A stretch of 32,000 nt of DNA from Dickeya solani IPO 2222 (GTDB taxonomy: Bacteria; Pseudomonadota; Gammaproteobacteria; Enterobacterales; Enterobacteriaceae). Below are positions 9,461 to 18,351 of the stretch, piece after piece. The stretch is from NCBI RefSeq assembly GCF_001644705.1, contig NZ_CP015137.1, positions 3,810,001 through 3,842,000 on the forward strand, read 5' to 3'. Numbering within the stretch: position 1 is the stretch's first letter; each line of letters opens with the position of its first letter. The notes under the pieces were generated by a model. The model did no database searches, had not been told where the DNA came from, and saw only the letters and a list, made by a program, of their open reading frames with translations. The position numbers and the translations under genes were made by a program.

Positions 9461-9844
9461 CTATTCAGCCGTTTTCTGCATGAAGCTGGTATCAAAATAA
9501 TCTCTCCAGGCGATGATTTTATCGCCGTCAAGCTCAAGTATGCCCATCACTTTTGCTGCTCCAATCTCGCTGCCATCAGCACGTTCGAACCTGTCAAAGC
9601 GTTCAGTGAGCACCTTATTACCGTCAGCGGCGATCGAAAGCATTTCAATACGTACTGTCGTGATGCCAAATGCATCTTCGAGTTTATCAATCAGCGCGAA
9701 TGCTTCATCGATGCCGGTAGTGGTGGCGACGCCTTCATTGACCCAGACAGTGTGGGTTGTGAACCACCGCTGTATGGCAATTTTACCTTTTCCCTCAGGA
9801 TAAGCGTTGAAAAATGCATTTACGGTCTCAATCGGCGTTGGCAT
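9461..9844 (-). CDS. Limonene-1,2-epoxide hydrolase / SnoaL-like (NTF2-fold) protein
   Basis: 127-aa ORF. The C-terminal GDKIIAWRDYFD resembles the GKITGWRDYFD motif of LEH-family proteins. Confidence 0.65.
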   Translation of the reverse strand: MPTPIETVNAFFNAYPEGKGKIAIQRWFTTHTVWVNEGVATTTGIDEAFALIDKLEDAFGITTVRIEMLSIAADGNKVLTERFDRFERADGSEIGAAKVMGILELDGDKIIAWRDYFDTSFMQKTAE

Positions 9845-9895
9845 ATCAGTGTCCTCTAAAGGTCAGCAAAATTAAAATACCGGTACTCTGTAAAC

Positions 9896-10588
9896 TCAGG
9901 TTGCCTGGCAAACTGAATCCGCGAGTATTGCCCGTTGCTTAACAAGGTGCTGCTTAAATCTCTCGGCGTAATCGTTCCGCACGGCAGCAATGACGCTTGG
10001 TCGGTTTGCCAGTGAAGCCCGCCACGCCGATACACCGGGAAGATTGTCGAAAATCGGCTGCGAAACGTCGGGGCTTAGCAAGTCGAAGTAGCGAAAGACC
10101 GGGGCAAACATCGCATCGACCATACTGAACGCGGATCCTGAAAAATAGGGTCCTTGCTCAAGAGTGCTCTCAAGGCGCTGCAACTTATCACGAAAGGTAG
10201 CTTTCTTATCGTTAGCAACCGCGGGTTCTTTAGCGTTCAGGAACTGCCAGGCATCGGAGAGTGTCGCCACGCCAAACTCTACCCAGGCACGCTGCTGTGC
10301 GCGGGAAAGTGCGTCGCTGGAATAGAGGCTGGTTCCTGCCTGCGTTTCGTTGAGATATTCGCAAATGGCCGCGCTCTCGAACAGGATCGCGTCAGAATTA
10401 TCCGCGAGTTCCACCTTGAGCAATGGCACCTTGCCCGTCGGCGAAAGCGCCAGAAACCAGTCTGGCTTCGCCTCAAGGTTGACGTCGATCCTCTCAAAGG
10501 GCACATTCTTTTCCAATAGCACAATCGCCGCTCGCTGAACAAACGGGCACAACGGATGACTGATGAGCGCAAGTTTTGCGTTCGGCAT
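9896..10588 (-). CDS. Glutathione S-transferase family protein
   Basis: ORF 9896..10696. The ATG at 10588 is preceded by AAGGGAGAG. The thioredoxin-like N-domain reads LISHPLCPFVQRAAIVLLEKNVPFE...SPTGKVPLL. Confidence 0.8.
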   Translation of the reverse strand: MPNAKLALISHPLCPFVQRAAIVLLEKNVPFERIDVNLEAKPDWFLALSPTGKVPLLKVELADNSDAILFESAAICEYLNETQAGTSLYSSDALSRAQQRAWVEFGVATLSDAWQFLNAKEPAVANDKKATFRDKLQRLESTLEQGPYFSGSAFSMVDAMFAPVFRYFDLLSPDVSQPIFDNLPGVSAWRASLANRPSVIAAVRNDYAERFKQHLVKQRAILADSVCQAT

Positions 10589-10637
10589 ATGCTCTCCCTT
10601 AAAGGTCAATGACAGAATGGAATTAAGGTGGCCGTGG

Positions 10638-11396
10638 TTACAGCAGTTGGCCGCCCGAAATGTCAAAAGTCGTCCCGTTAGCCCAGGCCATGTCATCGGA
10701 CAGGATGGCCGCTACTGCTCCACCTACATCGTCCGGAAGACCCACACGGCCCAGTGCGATCCCCTGAGCAACATAAGCATTCACATCCTCATTATCTCGC
10801 ACCGCGCCTCCTCCAAAATCTGTTGCGATGGCTCCTGGGGCAATAGCATTGACCCTAATCTGGCGTGCACCAAGCTCTACGGCCATGTAACGGGTAAGCA
10901 CTTCAACGGCGGCCTTCACAGCCGCATAAATGCTGTACCCCGGCAAAGTAAAGCGTACAAATCCGGACGAAACGTTCAGGATACGTCCGCCGTCTTCAAC
11001 AAGCGGTAACAGCTTCTGAGTCAGAAAAATCGGGCCCTGAAGATGCGTGGTCACCAGTGAAGTAAACTGCTCTTCGGTCGCGTCAACAAAGTTCGCAAAG
11101 AGGCCGTTGCCCGCATTGTTGACGAGGAAGTTGAAACGCTCACGGCCAAAGTCGTTTTTCAGCGTTTCAGTCACGGCGCTTGAAAAAGCCTGATAACTGG
11201 CGGTATCGGTGATGTCGAGCGGCAACATGACGGCCTTGCCGCCTTGTGCTTCGATCTCCTGTTTCAGCGTCTCTGCTTCTGCCGCGCCGCTGCGATAGGT
11301 ACCGATGATGTGGACGCCGCGCCTGGCGAGGTGGAGTGCCATGTTGCGGCCGAGGCCACGGCTGGCGCCGGTGATGAGTGCGATAGGGTGAGTCAT
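10638..11396 (-). CDS. SDR-family oxidoreductase
   Basis: 252-aa ORF. It has the cofactor motif TGASRGLG, the NNAG motif and the catalytic YxxxK (YAAVKAA). Confidence 0.85.
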   Translation of the reverse strand: MTHPIALITGASRGLGRNMALHLARRGVHIIGTYRSGAAEAETLKQEIEAQGGKAVMLPLDITDTASYQAFSSAVTETLKNDFGRERFNFLVNNAGNGLFANFVDATEEQFTSLVTTHLQGPIFLTQKLLPLVEDGGRILNVSSGFVRFTLPGYSIYAAVKAAVEVLTRYMAVELGARQIRVNAIAPGAIATDFGGGAVRDNEDVNAYVAQGIALGRVGLPDDVGGAVAAILSDDMAWANGTTFDISGGQLL

Positions 11397-11556
11397 GAGC
11401 TGTCTCTTTCAGGTTATTAGGGCACCTTCCGGTGCTTTCTTGACCTGCTCATAATAGGTAATGACCGGCGTGTAGCCTACGCCTGATAAGCTCATTTTCT
11501 TGCCTGATTGTATCAATCATCTTGCGTGGTATTACGTCGGTGATAGAATCAGCCTC

Positions 11557-12456
11557 ATGAATGACTCTCTTGCACCGCATCTTGAAATCGCCCTGCGCCA
11601 CGCGTCGCCGGGATTGACTGTCACACGCATCCCACGTGTGGATCTCTGCGTGGGGCAAGGCTCTACGGACAAGGCTCCCTGCCTGTATCGTTCGATGATC
11701 TGCTTCATCCTGCAAGGCTCAAAGCGCGTTGCGATTAACGACACGGTTTTGAGTTACAACAGCGAACAGTATCTTATCAGCGCGCTTGAGCTGCCTTTGA
11801 TCGGACAAATTCTTGATGCTGAAGATGGGCAGCCTTACGTAGCAGTATCGCTGGTGCTGGATCCGGCCATACTGGCGGAATTAGCGGCGAACATGCCTTC
11901 TGTCCGCGAGAGCGAACAGAAGGGGATTGGCATCATGATAAATCCCATGACCGCTTCGCTCCGCGATACGTTACTCCGCCTAATGTTGTTGCTCGATACG
12001 CCTGACGATATCCCTATTCTTGGCCCTATGCTCGAACGGGAATTGCTTTATCGTCTCCTGCAGGGCCCTCAGGGACGACTGCTGCGTCAGATTGCCCAAC
12101 CCGATGGCGCACTCAATAGCATCCGGCGCGCTGTTGGCTGGATCAGGGACAATTACAGTACCCGTCTTCGCATCGAAGCGTTGTGCGAGGTAAGCGGTAT
12201 GAGCAGGGCAAGCCTGCATCGCCATTTTCTGTCAATGACAGGTCTCAGTCCTGTTCAGTATCAGAAACAGCTTAGATTGCAGGAAGCTCGCCAGCTTTTG
12301 CTTACCGGTGAACATCGCGCATCTGACGTGGCGTTTGTCGTCGGCTATGAAAGCGCATCACAGTTTAGCCGTGAATATCTCCGGCAATTTGGCGCGCCGC
12401 CTGTCCGCGACGTGCGCGCCATACGGATGGCGATAGATACGCCAACTAAGGCGTAG
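11557..12456 (+). CDS. AraC-family transcriptional regulator (AraC_N-type N-domain)
   Basis: ORF 11500..12456, with the likely start at ATG 11557 (MNDSLAPHLE). The C-terminal double HTH reads GMSRASLHRHF...GYESASQFSREY. It is divergent from the SDR-GST-LEH operon. Confidence 0.8.
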   Translation: MNDSLAPHLEIALRHASPGLTVTRIPRVDLCVGQGSTDKAPCLYRSMICFILQGSKRVAINDTVLSYNSEQYLISALELPLIGQILDAEDGQPYVAVSLVLDPAILAELAANMPSVRESEQKGIGIMINPMTASLRDTLLRLMLLLDTPDDIPILGPMLERELLYRLLQGPQGRLLRQIAQPDGALNSIRRAVGWIRDNYSTRLRIEALCEVSGMSRASLHRHFLSMTGLSPVQYQKQLRLQEARQLLLTGEHRASDVAFVVGYESASQFSREYLRQFGAPPVRDVRAIRMAIDTPTKA

Positions 12457-12585
12457 ACGGTAGACGGGTTTATTGCTCGCCAGAGTTGACCCAGTGTCGA
12501 TACTGGCGGCGATTGCAACGTTATAGACGTAGTTATCTGACAGAGTCCCAACCAGAATATTCATGAGTATTAAGCGGGAGTTATT

Positions 12586-12939
12586 ATGAAAAGAGAGGCA
12601 TTATTCAGGTACGCTCGGGAACATTTTAAATCTGAGCCGGAATATCTCTGGAGTAAGCTGCCGGGCTATGCTGTGCTTCGCCATCACGACGGGAAAAAAT
12701 GGTTCGCTATCGTGATGAACGTACCCGGCACAAAGCTGGGTCTGAAGACGGATGATGAGCTGGAGGTACTCGAAGTTAAAGTCAGGCCTGAGTATATCGG
12801 CTCATTACGCCAAAAAGACGGCATTTTACCCGCTTATCATATGAACAAAGAGCACTGGGTCAGCGTGCTTCTTTCCGGGCGTTTATCGCCTAAGGAAATA
12901 CATGAACTGCTCGCGGACAGCCATGAATTGACGCACTGA
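12586..12939 (+). CDS. MmcQ/YjbR-family protein
   Basis: 117-aa ORF. EPEYLWSKLPGYAVLRHHDGKKWFAIVMNV...HMNKEHWVSV is typical of the YjbR/MmcQ family. Confidence 0.7.
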   Translation: MKREALFRYAREHFKSEPEYLWSKLPGYAVLRHHDGKKWFAIVMNVPGTKLGLKTDDELEVLEVKVRPEYIGSLRQKDGILPAYHMNKEHWVSVLLSGRLSPKEIHELLADSHELTH

Positions 12940-12959
12940 TAATATATAAAAAAGATATA

Positions 12960-12990
12960 CTGCAGGAGGTTTTCCTGCAGCGCATTTTTT
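12960..12990 (+). terminator. Rho-independent terminator
   Basis: CTGCAGG-aggtttt-CCTGCAG hairpin followed by cgcaTTTTTT, 20 nt after the stop codon. Confidence 0.6.
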
Positions 12991-12992
12991 GT

Positions 12993-14147
12993 CTAAATAG
13001 CTTCTCATATTATCGCTCCACTTTAGCCAGCCCATGTTGATTGCCGGCGAACGGTGAAGCCACGTTCATAAATTGTTTTACCCGTTCCAGTAATTGCCAC
13101 ATATATCGATTCTGGTGGTTTCTCGTTATGGTTTCATGTAACGACAGCCACAGCCGTTCTATCGGATTCAGCCACGGCGAATACGTTGGTAGGAACAGCA
13201 ATCGGAATTTCGTGTTTTTCTCCAGCCAGCGCTCCACTTTTCGGCTTTTATGGATGATGTAGTTATCCGCTACCAGTGTGATAGTTTTCGCCCGCCGGTA
13301 TGTGCGCCGCAACGTTTCTAACAAATTGATAAATAAATCAGAACACTTGCTGCTGCCACTAACGTAGTGGATTCGCCCCGTACCCGAATGTAACGCGCCC
13401 GCCAGATAATGTTTTTGGTTCTGTCCCGGCGTGGCAATGCGTTTCTGATGCCCTTTTGGCATCCAGTCCGCGCCAATTTTCGGGTTCAGGTCGATATCAA
13501 CTTCATCCTGATAAAACACGGGATGATTCGTTGACTCCGGAGACAGCGCCTGCTCAATGGCGAGCCGTTTTTCCTCATAGTGTTGATCTTTGATTTTCAA
13601 CGTGGGCGCGGCTCTGCGCCAGACCATACCTACCTGTTTCAGATATCGGTGCAAGGTAGCGGTGAAGCCTCAGGTCGAAAAGTTGGTTGACGATACGGGT
13701 CGGTAACTCCGTGCTCCAACGAGAGCGCAGCCAGCCAAAATCCTGCGGAGAACGTTGTACCAGAAGCGGTAGGACATGCAGGATATCCGTGACGGGCCAG
13801 CGTGGAACACGTCCAGCCCTGAGACTTTTTAGTCCTTCAACATCATGTCAAGTAAACCAATTTATCCATCTTCCAACAGATGAACGAGCGGCACAAAGTA
13901 TTCTGGCGACCTCAGTGACCGTCCTTCCCCGATGCAGCATCAGTATAGCAATGAGGCGTCTGGCATGATTTTTATCGCGGTCTGTTGGGCTTCTTTACGC
14001 ATCAGTTGTCGTTCTTCATCAGGAATTGCTGCTATGATCGGCATCGCTTAGTCCGGCTGGTGGTTTGTTCTTTTTGGCGATTGATCAGATCGCACAATTC
14101 GGACTGAGTTCCCTTCAAGTGATCTACTATTTGGCGAAGTTATTTAG
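12993..14147 (-). mobile_element. IS630-family insertion sequence (decayed)
   Basis: Terminal inverted repeats CTAAATAGCTTC (12993-13004) and GAAGTTATTTAG (14136-14147) match 11/12. The element is ~1.15 kb and its flanking TA is compatible with an IS630 TA target duplication. It encloses an IS630-like transposase reading frame. Confidence 0.8.
13010..14044 (-). pseudogene. IS630-family DDE transposase, disrupted
   Basis: The C-terminal 214 aa (13010..13654) are intact and IS630-like (PVFYQDEVDIDLNPKIGADW...VADNYIIHKS). The N-terminus from ATG 14044 (MPIIAAIPDEERQLMRKEAQQT) is frameshifted. There is an in-frame TGA in WINWFT*HDVEGLK and a 14-nt near-duplication around 13655-13685. Confidence 0.75.
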
Positions 14148-14179
14148 AGATAAAATTAACATTATTAATTTTATCTCTA
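14146..14179 (-). terminator. Perfect AT-rich palindrome downstream of the ABC gene (possible operon terminator)
   Basis: AGAGATAAAATTAA-catta-TTAATTTTATCTCT; the arms reach 15 bp if the flanking T/A is counted. It lies 13 nt after the stop codon. There is no clear T-run, so terminator function is uncertain. Confidence 0.35.
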
Positions 14180-14191
14180 GTCTCTTTTCTT

Positions 14192-15997
14192 TTAGATGGC
14201 AACCTGTGCATCTCCGGAGCCGGAGTTGTACTGACTTCGCTGCAAATTCAGCAGGGCATAATATTCACCCCGCTTTATCTCCAGTTCAGCCGGTGTTCCA
14301 CTTTCAACAATTTCGCCTTGTTTTAATACAATTATCCGCGTGGAGTTTTTTACGGCACTCAGACGGTGTGTGACCATTACGGATGTTCTTCCCCTGACAA
14401 GTTCAGAAAAGCGAGCAAATAACTCGGTTTCCACTCGCGGATCCATTGCGCTGGTTGGTTCATCAAGTATGATTAATTCCCCGTCAGAAAACAGAGCACG
14501 GGCCAGTGCAAGGCGCTGCCACTGACCACCAGAAAGTTCTGTACCGGAATATTCTTTCCCGAGGAAACTGGTTGCATCATGGGGGATTTCCAGCGGGAAC
14601 TGAGCCTGTTCACAAGTCTGTAAAAAGCGTTGTTGCTCGACCGTACTCATGTTGTTCCTGAACGTGACATTCTCCTGCACCGTCATATTGTAATGGCCAA
14701 AATCTTGAAAAATAGCACTAAGGCAACGATGCCATGTCCTTATATCAATGCTGGCAACATCAATCCCGTTCCAGGTAATACGGCCGGATGTGGGGTGGTA
14801 CAAACGGCAGAGCAGCTTAATCAGTGTTGATTTACCTGCGCCATTTTCACCAACAATAGAAAGCTGGTCACCAGCATGGATCGTTAGATTAATATTGCTG
14901 AGAACGTTGTGGCCGTTCTCATAAGAAAAGGAAACATTTTCAAACTTGATTTCATCTAGAGGAGGTATCTCAGAGAGGGAATAGCTGTTCTCCTGCGCAA
15001 CGCTTTCAAGTTCTCTCAGTCGAGCAAAGAAACTAAAACAGACGCCGATATTAGCAAAGGAATACACCATCCACTGGCAAGATAAACCAAAGAAAGAAAT
15101 TGATTGTATGGTGCCCAGTAACCCTCCGACAGAAATTCTGCCTGCCTGAAGATATTCAACAAACCAGTACATAACACCTAGGATGGATGCCAGGTATAAA
15201 AGATTCCATGGCTGGGGTCTGAGTAATTGTTTGCGTCTGACCTGATTTAATTCATTTTCCAGCTCTTCGAAAGCCTGCGTGTGTTTGGTGAAAAAAAATG
15301 ATGCTGAACGGAAAATTCTGACCTCTTTAGCTAGCTTCACATCAAGTAGAACACCCAGATAATACCTTATCAGGCGAGCGGCGGTACCTTTTCCCAGCAG
15401 AGCTCGAAAAATATCGATTTGTGAAAGTGCAACAGTAAAAGTGATCGGGATAAGCGGCAGAAGAAATGCCAGAGGAAACCACCAGACAACTGAAGCCAGT
15501 ACCAGAGACAAAGACAACAGCGTTAGTATGCCGCGAAATATATCAACAAGATTAACCAGAAGGTTCAGGGGACGGTGAGCTGCTTCTCTTGAAAGAACCT
15601 CAAGATTATCGTGTATGTCCGGTTTCTCGATAATTTTCAGGTCTTCAATGCGGCAGGCTGCCTCCATAATAGTTCGTTGTGTCAGATAGGTGGCATGCTG
15701 ATTCAGTATACTTTGTAGAGTACTGATAATGGGAGCCAGCACACCGGGGAAGACAAATGTCAATGCCCAGAATACTGCCACGGTCATCAGACCTGAATGA
15801 TCCGGGCTACTGATGATATTTCCGAGCCGGATGCTTGCCATCACACTCGTGGTAGGCAATAACCCCTGCAGGGCAATGAGGATGATAAACAGCGTGGATA
15901 GCCATGGTGATTTCCTGAATAGCAATGAAAGTGAATAGGTCACCAGATTCAGTTTTTCTTTTACCTTCTGCATCAGAAAAGCTCCATTGTCAGGCAT
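14192..15997 (-). CDS. ABC exporter, fused permease/ATPase (type I exporter), no peptidase domain
   Basis: 601-aa ORF with six predicted N-terminal TM helices. It has Walker A GENGAGKST, the signature LSGGQWQR and Walker B LIILDEPTSAMD. An alternative start at ATG 15973 overlaps the upstream stop codon (TGATG) and has GGAG 8 nt upstream. Confidence 0.85.
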   Translation of the reverse strand: MPDNGAFLMQKVKEKLNLVTYSLSLLFRKSPWLSTLFIILIALQGLLPTTSVMASIRLGNIISSPDHSGLMTVAVFWALTFVFPGVLAPIISTLQSILNQHATYLTQRTIMEAACRIEDLKIIEKPDIHDNLEVLSREAAHRPLNLLVNLVDIFRGILTLLSLSLVLASVVWWFPLAFLLPLIPITFTVALSQIDIFRALLGKGTAARLIRYYLGVLLDVKLAKEVRIFRSASFFFTKHTQAFEELENELNQVRRKQLLRPQPWNLLYLASILGVMYWFVEYLQAGRISVGGLLGTIQSISFFGLSCQWMVYSFANIGVCFSFFARLRELESVAQENSYSLSEIPPLDEIKFENVSFSYENGHNVLSNINLTIHAGDQLSIVGENGAGKSTLIKLLCRLYHPTSGRITWNGIDVASIDIRTWHRCLSAIFQDFGHYNMTVQENVTFRNNMSTVEQQRFLQTCEQAQFPLEIPHDATSFLGKEYSGTELSGGQWQRLALARALFSDGELIILDEPTSAMDPRVETELFARFSELVRGRTSVMVTHRLSAVKNSTRIIVLKQGEIVESGTPAELEIKRGEYYALLNLQRSQYNSGSGDAQVAI

Positions 15998-16827
15998 TTC
16001 CCGTTCGGGAAAATGACAAATTCATCAAAATGTCGAGGAGTATTCAGAATTAGCTCCATCGCATCCCTGGTTTCCGTTCTGTAGAGGGAGGATATCATTT
16101 TTACACGGTATGTCTGGTTACCCATTTTTTTGCACGCATGCCGTACAGAGTTTATTGACAGTGAATGTCCATCTGGTGTTGCCAGAAATGTCATGTTTTC
16201 AGAAAATACGCCGTATGATGTGATATCGATGCTTCCATGAAATTTGTTTTCGAGTGTCTGACAGAGCGAAGGGTAATGGAGCCATGAAGTGTGCGTTGCA
16301 TGAAAGTTGTGGCAGATGACAAAAATTAATTCATAACCAAGCTGGATAGCTAACCCGATCTTCTCCGCCATAGCGGTCTCACGCTGTTCCGGCGTTGCTC
16401 CAGTCATACTTAATGTACTTTGTCGATCAAACTCCAGCAAACTGATCAACAGACGCTGCTCAGCAAGAGGAACTAAGCGAATACTTTTAATATAATTTTC
16501 ATGAAGTGTTGTGGATAAAGGTAAATCAATCCCCGCAATAACACATGTTGCAGGTAAAGCATGGAGGAAAGTTGCAAACTCCTCAGAACGCATCCACCAG
16601 TACGCTGACGATGTAAGGTACGACATGTCCCCGGTATTTACTTTTCTAAAGCGTCTGAGTGTAAACACAATCAGGTCTATAGTCGGACATTCGACAAGAA
16701 CTATGCTACGTAACTCCCTTCGTAGCTTATGTATAAAGGCATTCCGAAACGCCCATGACTCGTCTGAACCATGGCTGTTCTGACCAATAAAATAAATATG
16801 CTTTTTAGCCTGCTTTGTATACAACAT
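15973..16827 (-). CDS. Erythromycin-esterase / ChaN (TIKI-TraB)-like superfamily protein, function unknown
   Basis: 284-aa ORF. The N-terminal YFIGQNSHGSDESWAFRNAFIHKL resembles the Ere-family G-E-x-x-H-G-x-x-E motif, and the later VICHNFHATH resembles the AHNxH motif. The start overlaps the upstream gene by 23 nt. The family assignment is from memory only. Confidence 0.5.
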   Translation of the reverse strand: MLYTKQAKKHIYFIGQNSHGSDESWAFRNAFIHKLRRELRSIVLVECPTIDLIVFTLRRFRKVNTGDMSYLTSSAYWWMRSEEFATFLHALPATCVIAGIDLPLSTTLHENYIKSIRLVPLAEQRLLISLLEFDRQSTLSMTGATPEQRETAMAEKIGLAIQLGYELIFVICHNFHATHTSWLHYPSLCQTLENKFHGSIDITSYGVFSENMTFLATPDGHSLSINSVRHACKKMGNQTYRVKMISSLYRTETRDAMELILNTPRHFDEFVIFPNGKCLTMELF

Positions 16828-18331
16828 TCATACTCCGCGCTATAAGGTGATGTTGTCTTAATAAATACCGTTCATCACGAGAAAAATAGCTGTCAATCTG
16901 TTCAAGAGGGGTGGTAGGGAAAAAGTCAGGGAATTCGTTTTTCTCTCCATCAAATAAACTGCGTGAATTAATAAAAAGATGAAACAGAGGAATGTCATAG
17001 TTTGCAAGGCAGGATACTTCATATAATATAAGACTCTGAAACTTGGGGTGTGATCCGGGGTAGAGTAAAAATTCATCAATTAACGCTGGTAGCTTTTTTT
17101 TGATATTTATGCTTGTCTCTGGATGAATTATTTTATTAATGATAAGTAGATAATAAGCTGTTGTGCGAACGAGGTAACGTGGTTTAATTTCTGAGTGGTT
17201 TTTCAGGAGGGAAATTATTCTCGCATGGTTTCTTTTTAATTTGAGAAACGTGTCGGTATATCCCTCTGTTACATCAGAAATATACTTCTTAGACTTCACC
17301 GGAAGACCGTGGTAGTGTGGGAAGTTTTGTGTCCGTTTGGCAAATCCTCGTTCATATCGAACCTGAATATTTTCAGTCGCATCATGGATGGCATGAGGAT
17401 AGGTAAAAGACTGAAATATATTGGTGACAGCGGTAAGTGCTGATGTATGCCCTAGTCCATTCTTGACAACATCCGGGCTCTGAAGCAATCCGCTTTGATA
17501 TATAGAACGTTCAAATTCCGGGGCGTCATCAAAAAAATACTGGAAGCTGGTTTCGGGATCTATCAGCCATACAGTGTCAGCATCTACAATGAAGTTATCA
17601 AAATGACAGTCATTGATATTCAGAAGATCGGCTAGAGCTAGAATGTTACCGTATCTTCTGTAAACTTTGGCTGCATCCACGCTCAAATCCAAGCCCCTGT
17701 TTTCGACAAATTCCTGCCACAAATGTGTTTTAAGACTAAGTGTCACAGGGCAGACATTAGCTAACCCGATAATGTTGCAGATCTCATTAAGTACATTTTC
17801 AATGCCAGAATCTCTGGGTTTGTAAATAAGCTTGAAGCTTCCGAGGGCTAGTATTACTGGTTGTTGTCCATTGTCATGCCGGTCACCAGCAGCTAAAGAC
17901 AGCTTTCCCGGAGTTGAAGAAAGTGGTGGGCAATTATAAATATCAATAAGTAACTTATGTTCCTCTATTAAGCGGATAAGAAAATTATTTATGTTTGCGA
18001 TAGTGGTATCACAGATATGTTCTGCCAGTTGACTAATATATTGATTGTGGTTTCTTAGCCCTGGCAGCCAGGAATTATCATCATTCTTGAAATAGGAAGT
18101 ATATCTATCTGAATGTGAATCGGGTTGTGTTTTCAGCCATTCATCGAATTTAACAACAAAATCAGGAAGGTGGATTTGATCAAGTGATTCAGAGATACTC
18201 AATGACACATCTGTAAAATCGAGGTGATGCAGACCATAATCAGTCAGCATCTGTTGCATCTTTTTATTAAAATTTCTTATATATGGGAAATAGAGGTAAG
18301 CACGATATGGTTCTGACAGTATGTAGCGCAT
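16805..18331 (-). CDS. Stand-alone LanM-type (DUF4135) lanthipeptide dehydratase/kinase domain protein, no LanC cyclase domain
   Basis: 508-aa ORF carrying the LanM N-domain motifs in order. These are GDRHDNGQ (149-156), KLIYKPRD (167-174), DCHFDN (241-246, DxHxxN), LIDPET (256-261), SGLLQSP (280-286), RYLVRTTAYY (385-394, the Arg/Thr elimination motif) and DIPLF (446-450). The protein ends ~60 aa later, with no WCxG or CHG Zn-ligand motifs. Confidence 0.75.
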   Translation of the reverse strand: MRYILSEPYRAYLYFPYIRNFNKKMQQMLTDYGLHHLDFTDVSLSISESLDQIHLPDFVVKFDEWLKTQPDSHSDRYTSYFKNDDNSWLPGLRNHNQYISQLAEHICDTTIANINNFLIRLIEEHKLLIDIYNCPPLSSTPGKLSLAAGDRHDNGQQPVILALGSFKLIYKPRDSGIENVLNEICNIIGLANVCPVTLSLKTHLWQEFVENRGLDLSVDAAKVYRRYGNILALADLLNINDCHFDNFIVDADTVWLIDPETSFQYFFDDAPEFERSIYQSGLLQSPDVVKNGLGHTSALTAVTNIFQSFTYPHAIHDATENIQVRYERGFAKRTQNFPHYHGLPVKSKKYISDVTEGYTDTFLKLKRNHARIISLLKNHSEIKPRYLVRTTAYYLLIINKIIHPETSINIKKKLPALIDEFLLYPGSHPKFQSLILYEVSCLANYDIPLFHLFINSRSLFDGEKNEFPDFFPTTPLEQIDSYFSRDERYLLRQHHLIARSMNVVYKAG

Positions 18332-18351
18332 ACATCTTATCCTTGCTTCCT

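Noticed and set aside
12940-14200. Search for a direct repeat of the tRNA-Asn 3' end (attR) at the left island boundary
   Set aside because: No convincing match was seen by eye here or further left. The nearest candidate, TTCCTGACTG at ~641-650, is too weak. The boundary therefore stays undefined.
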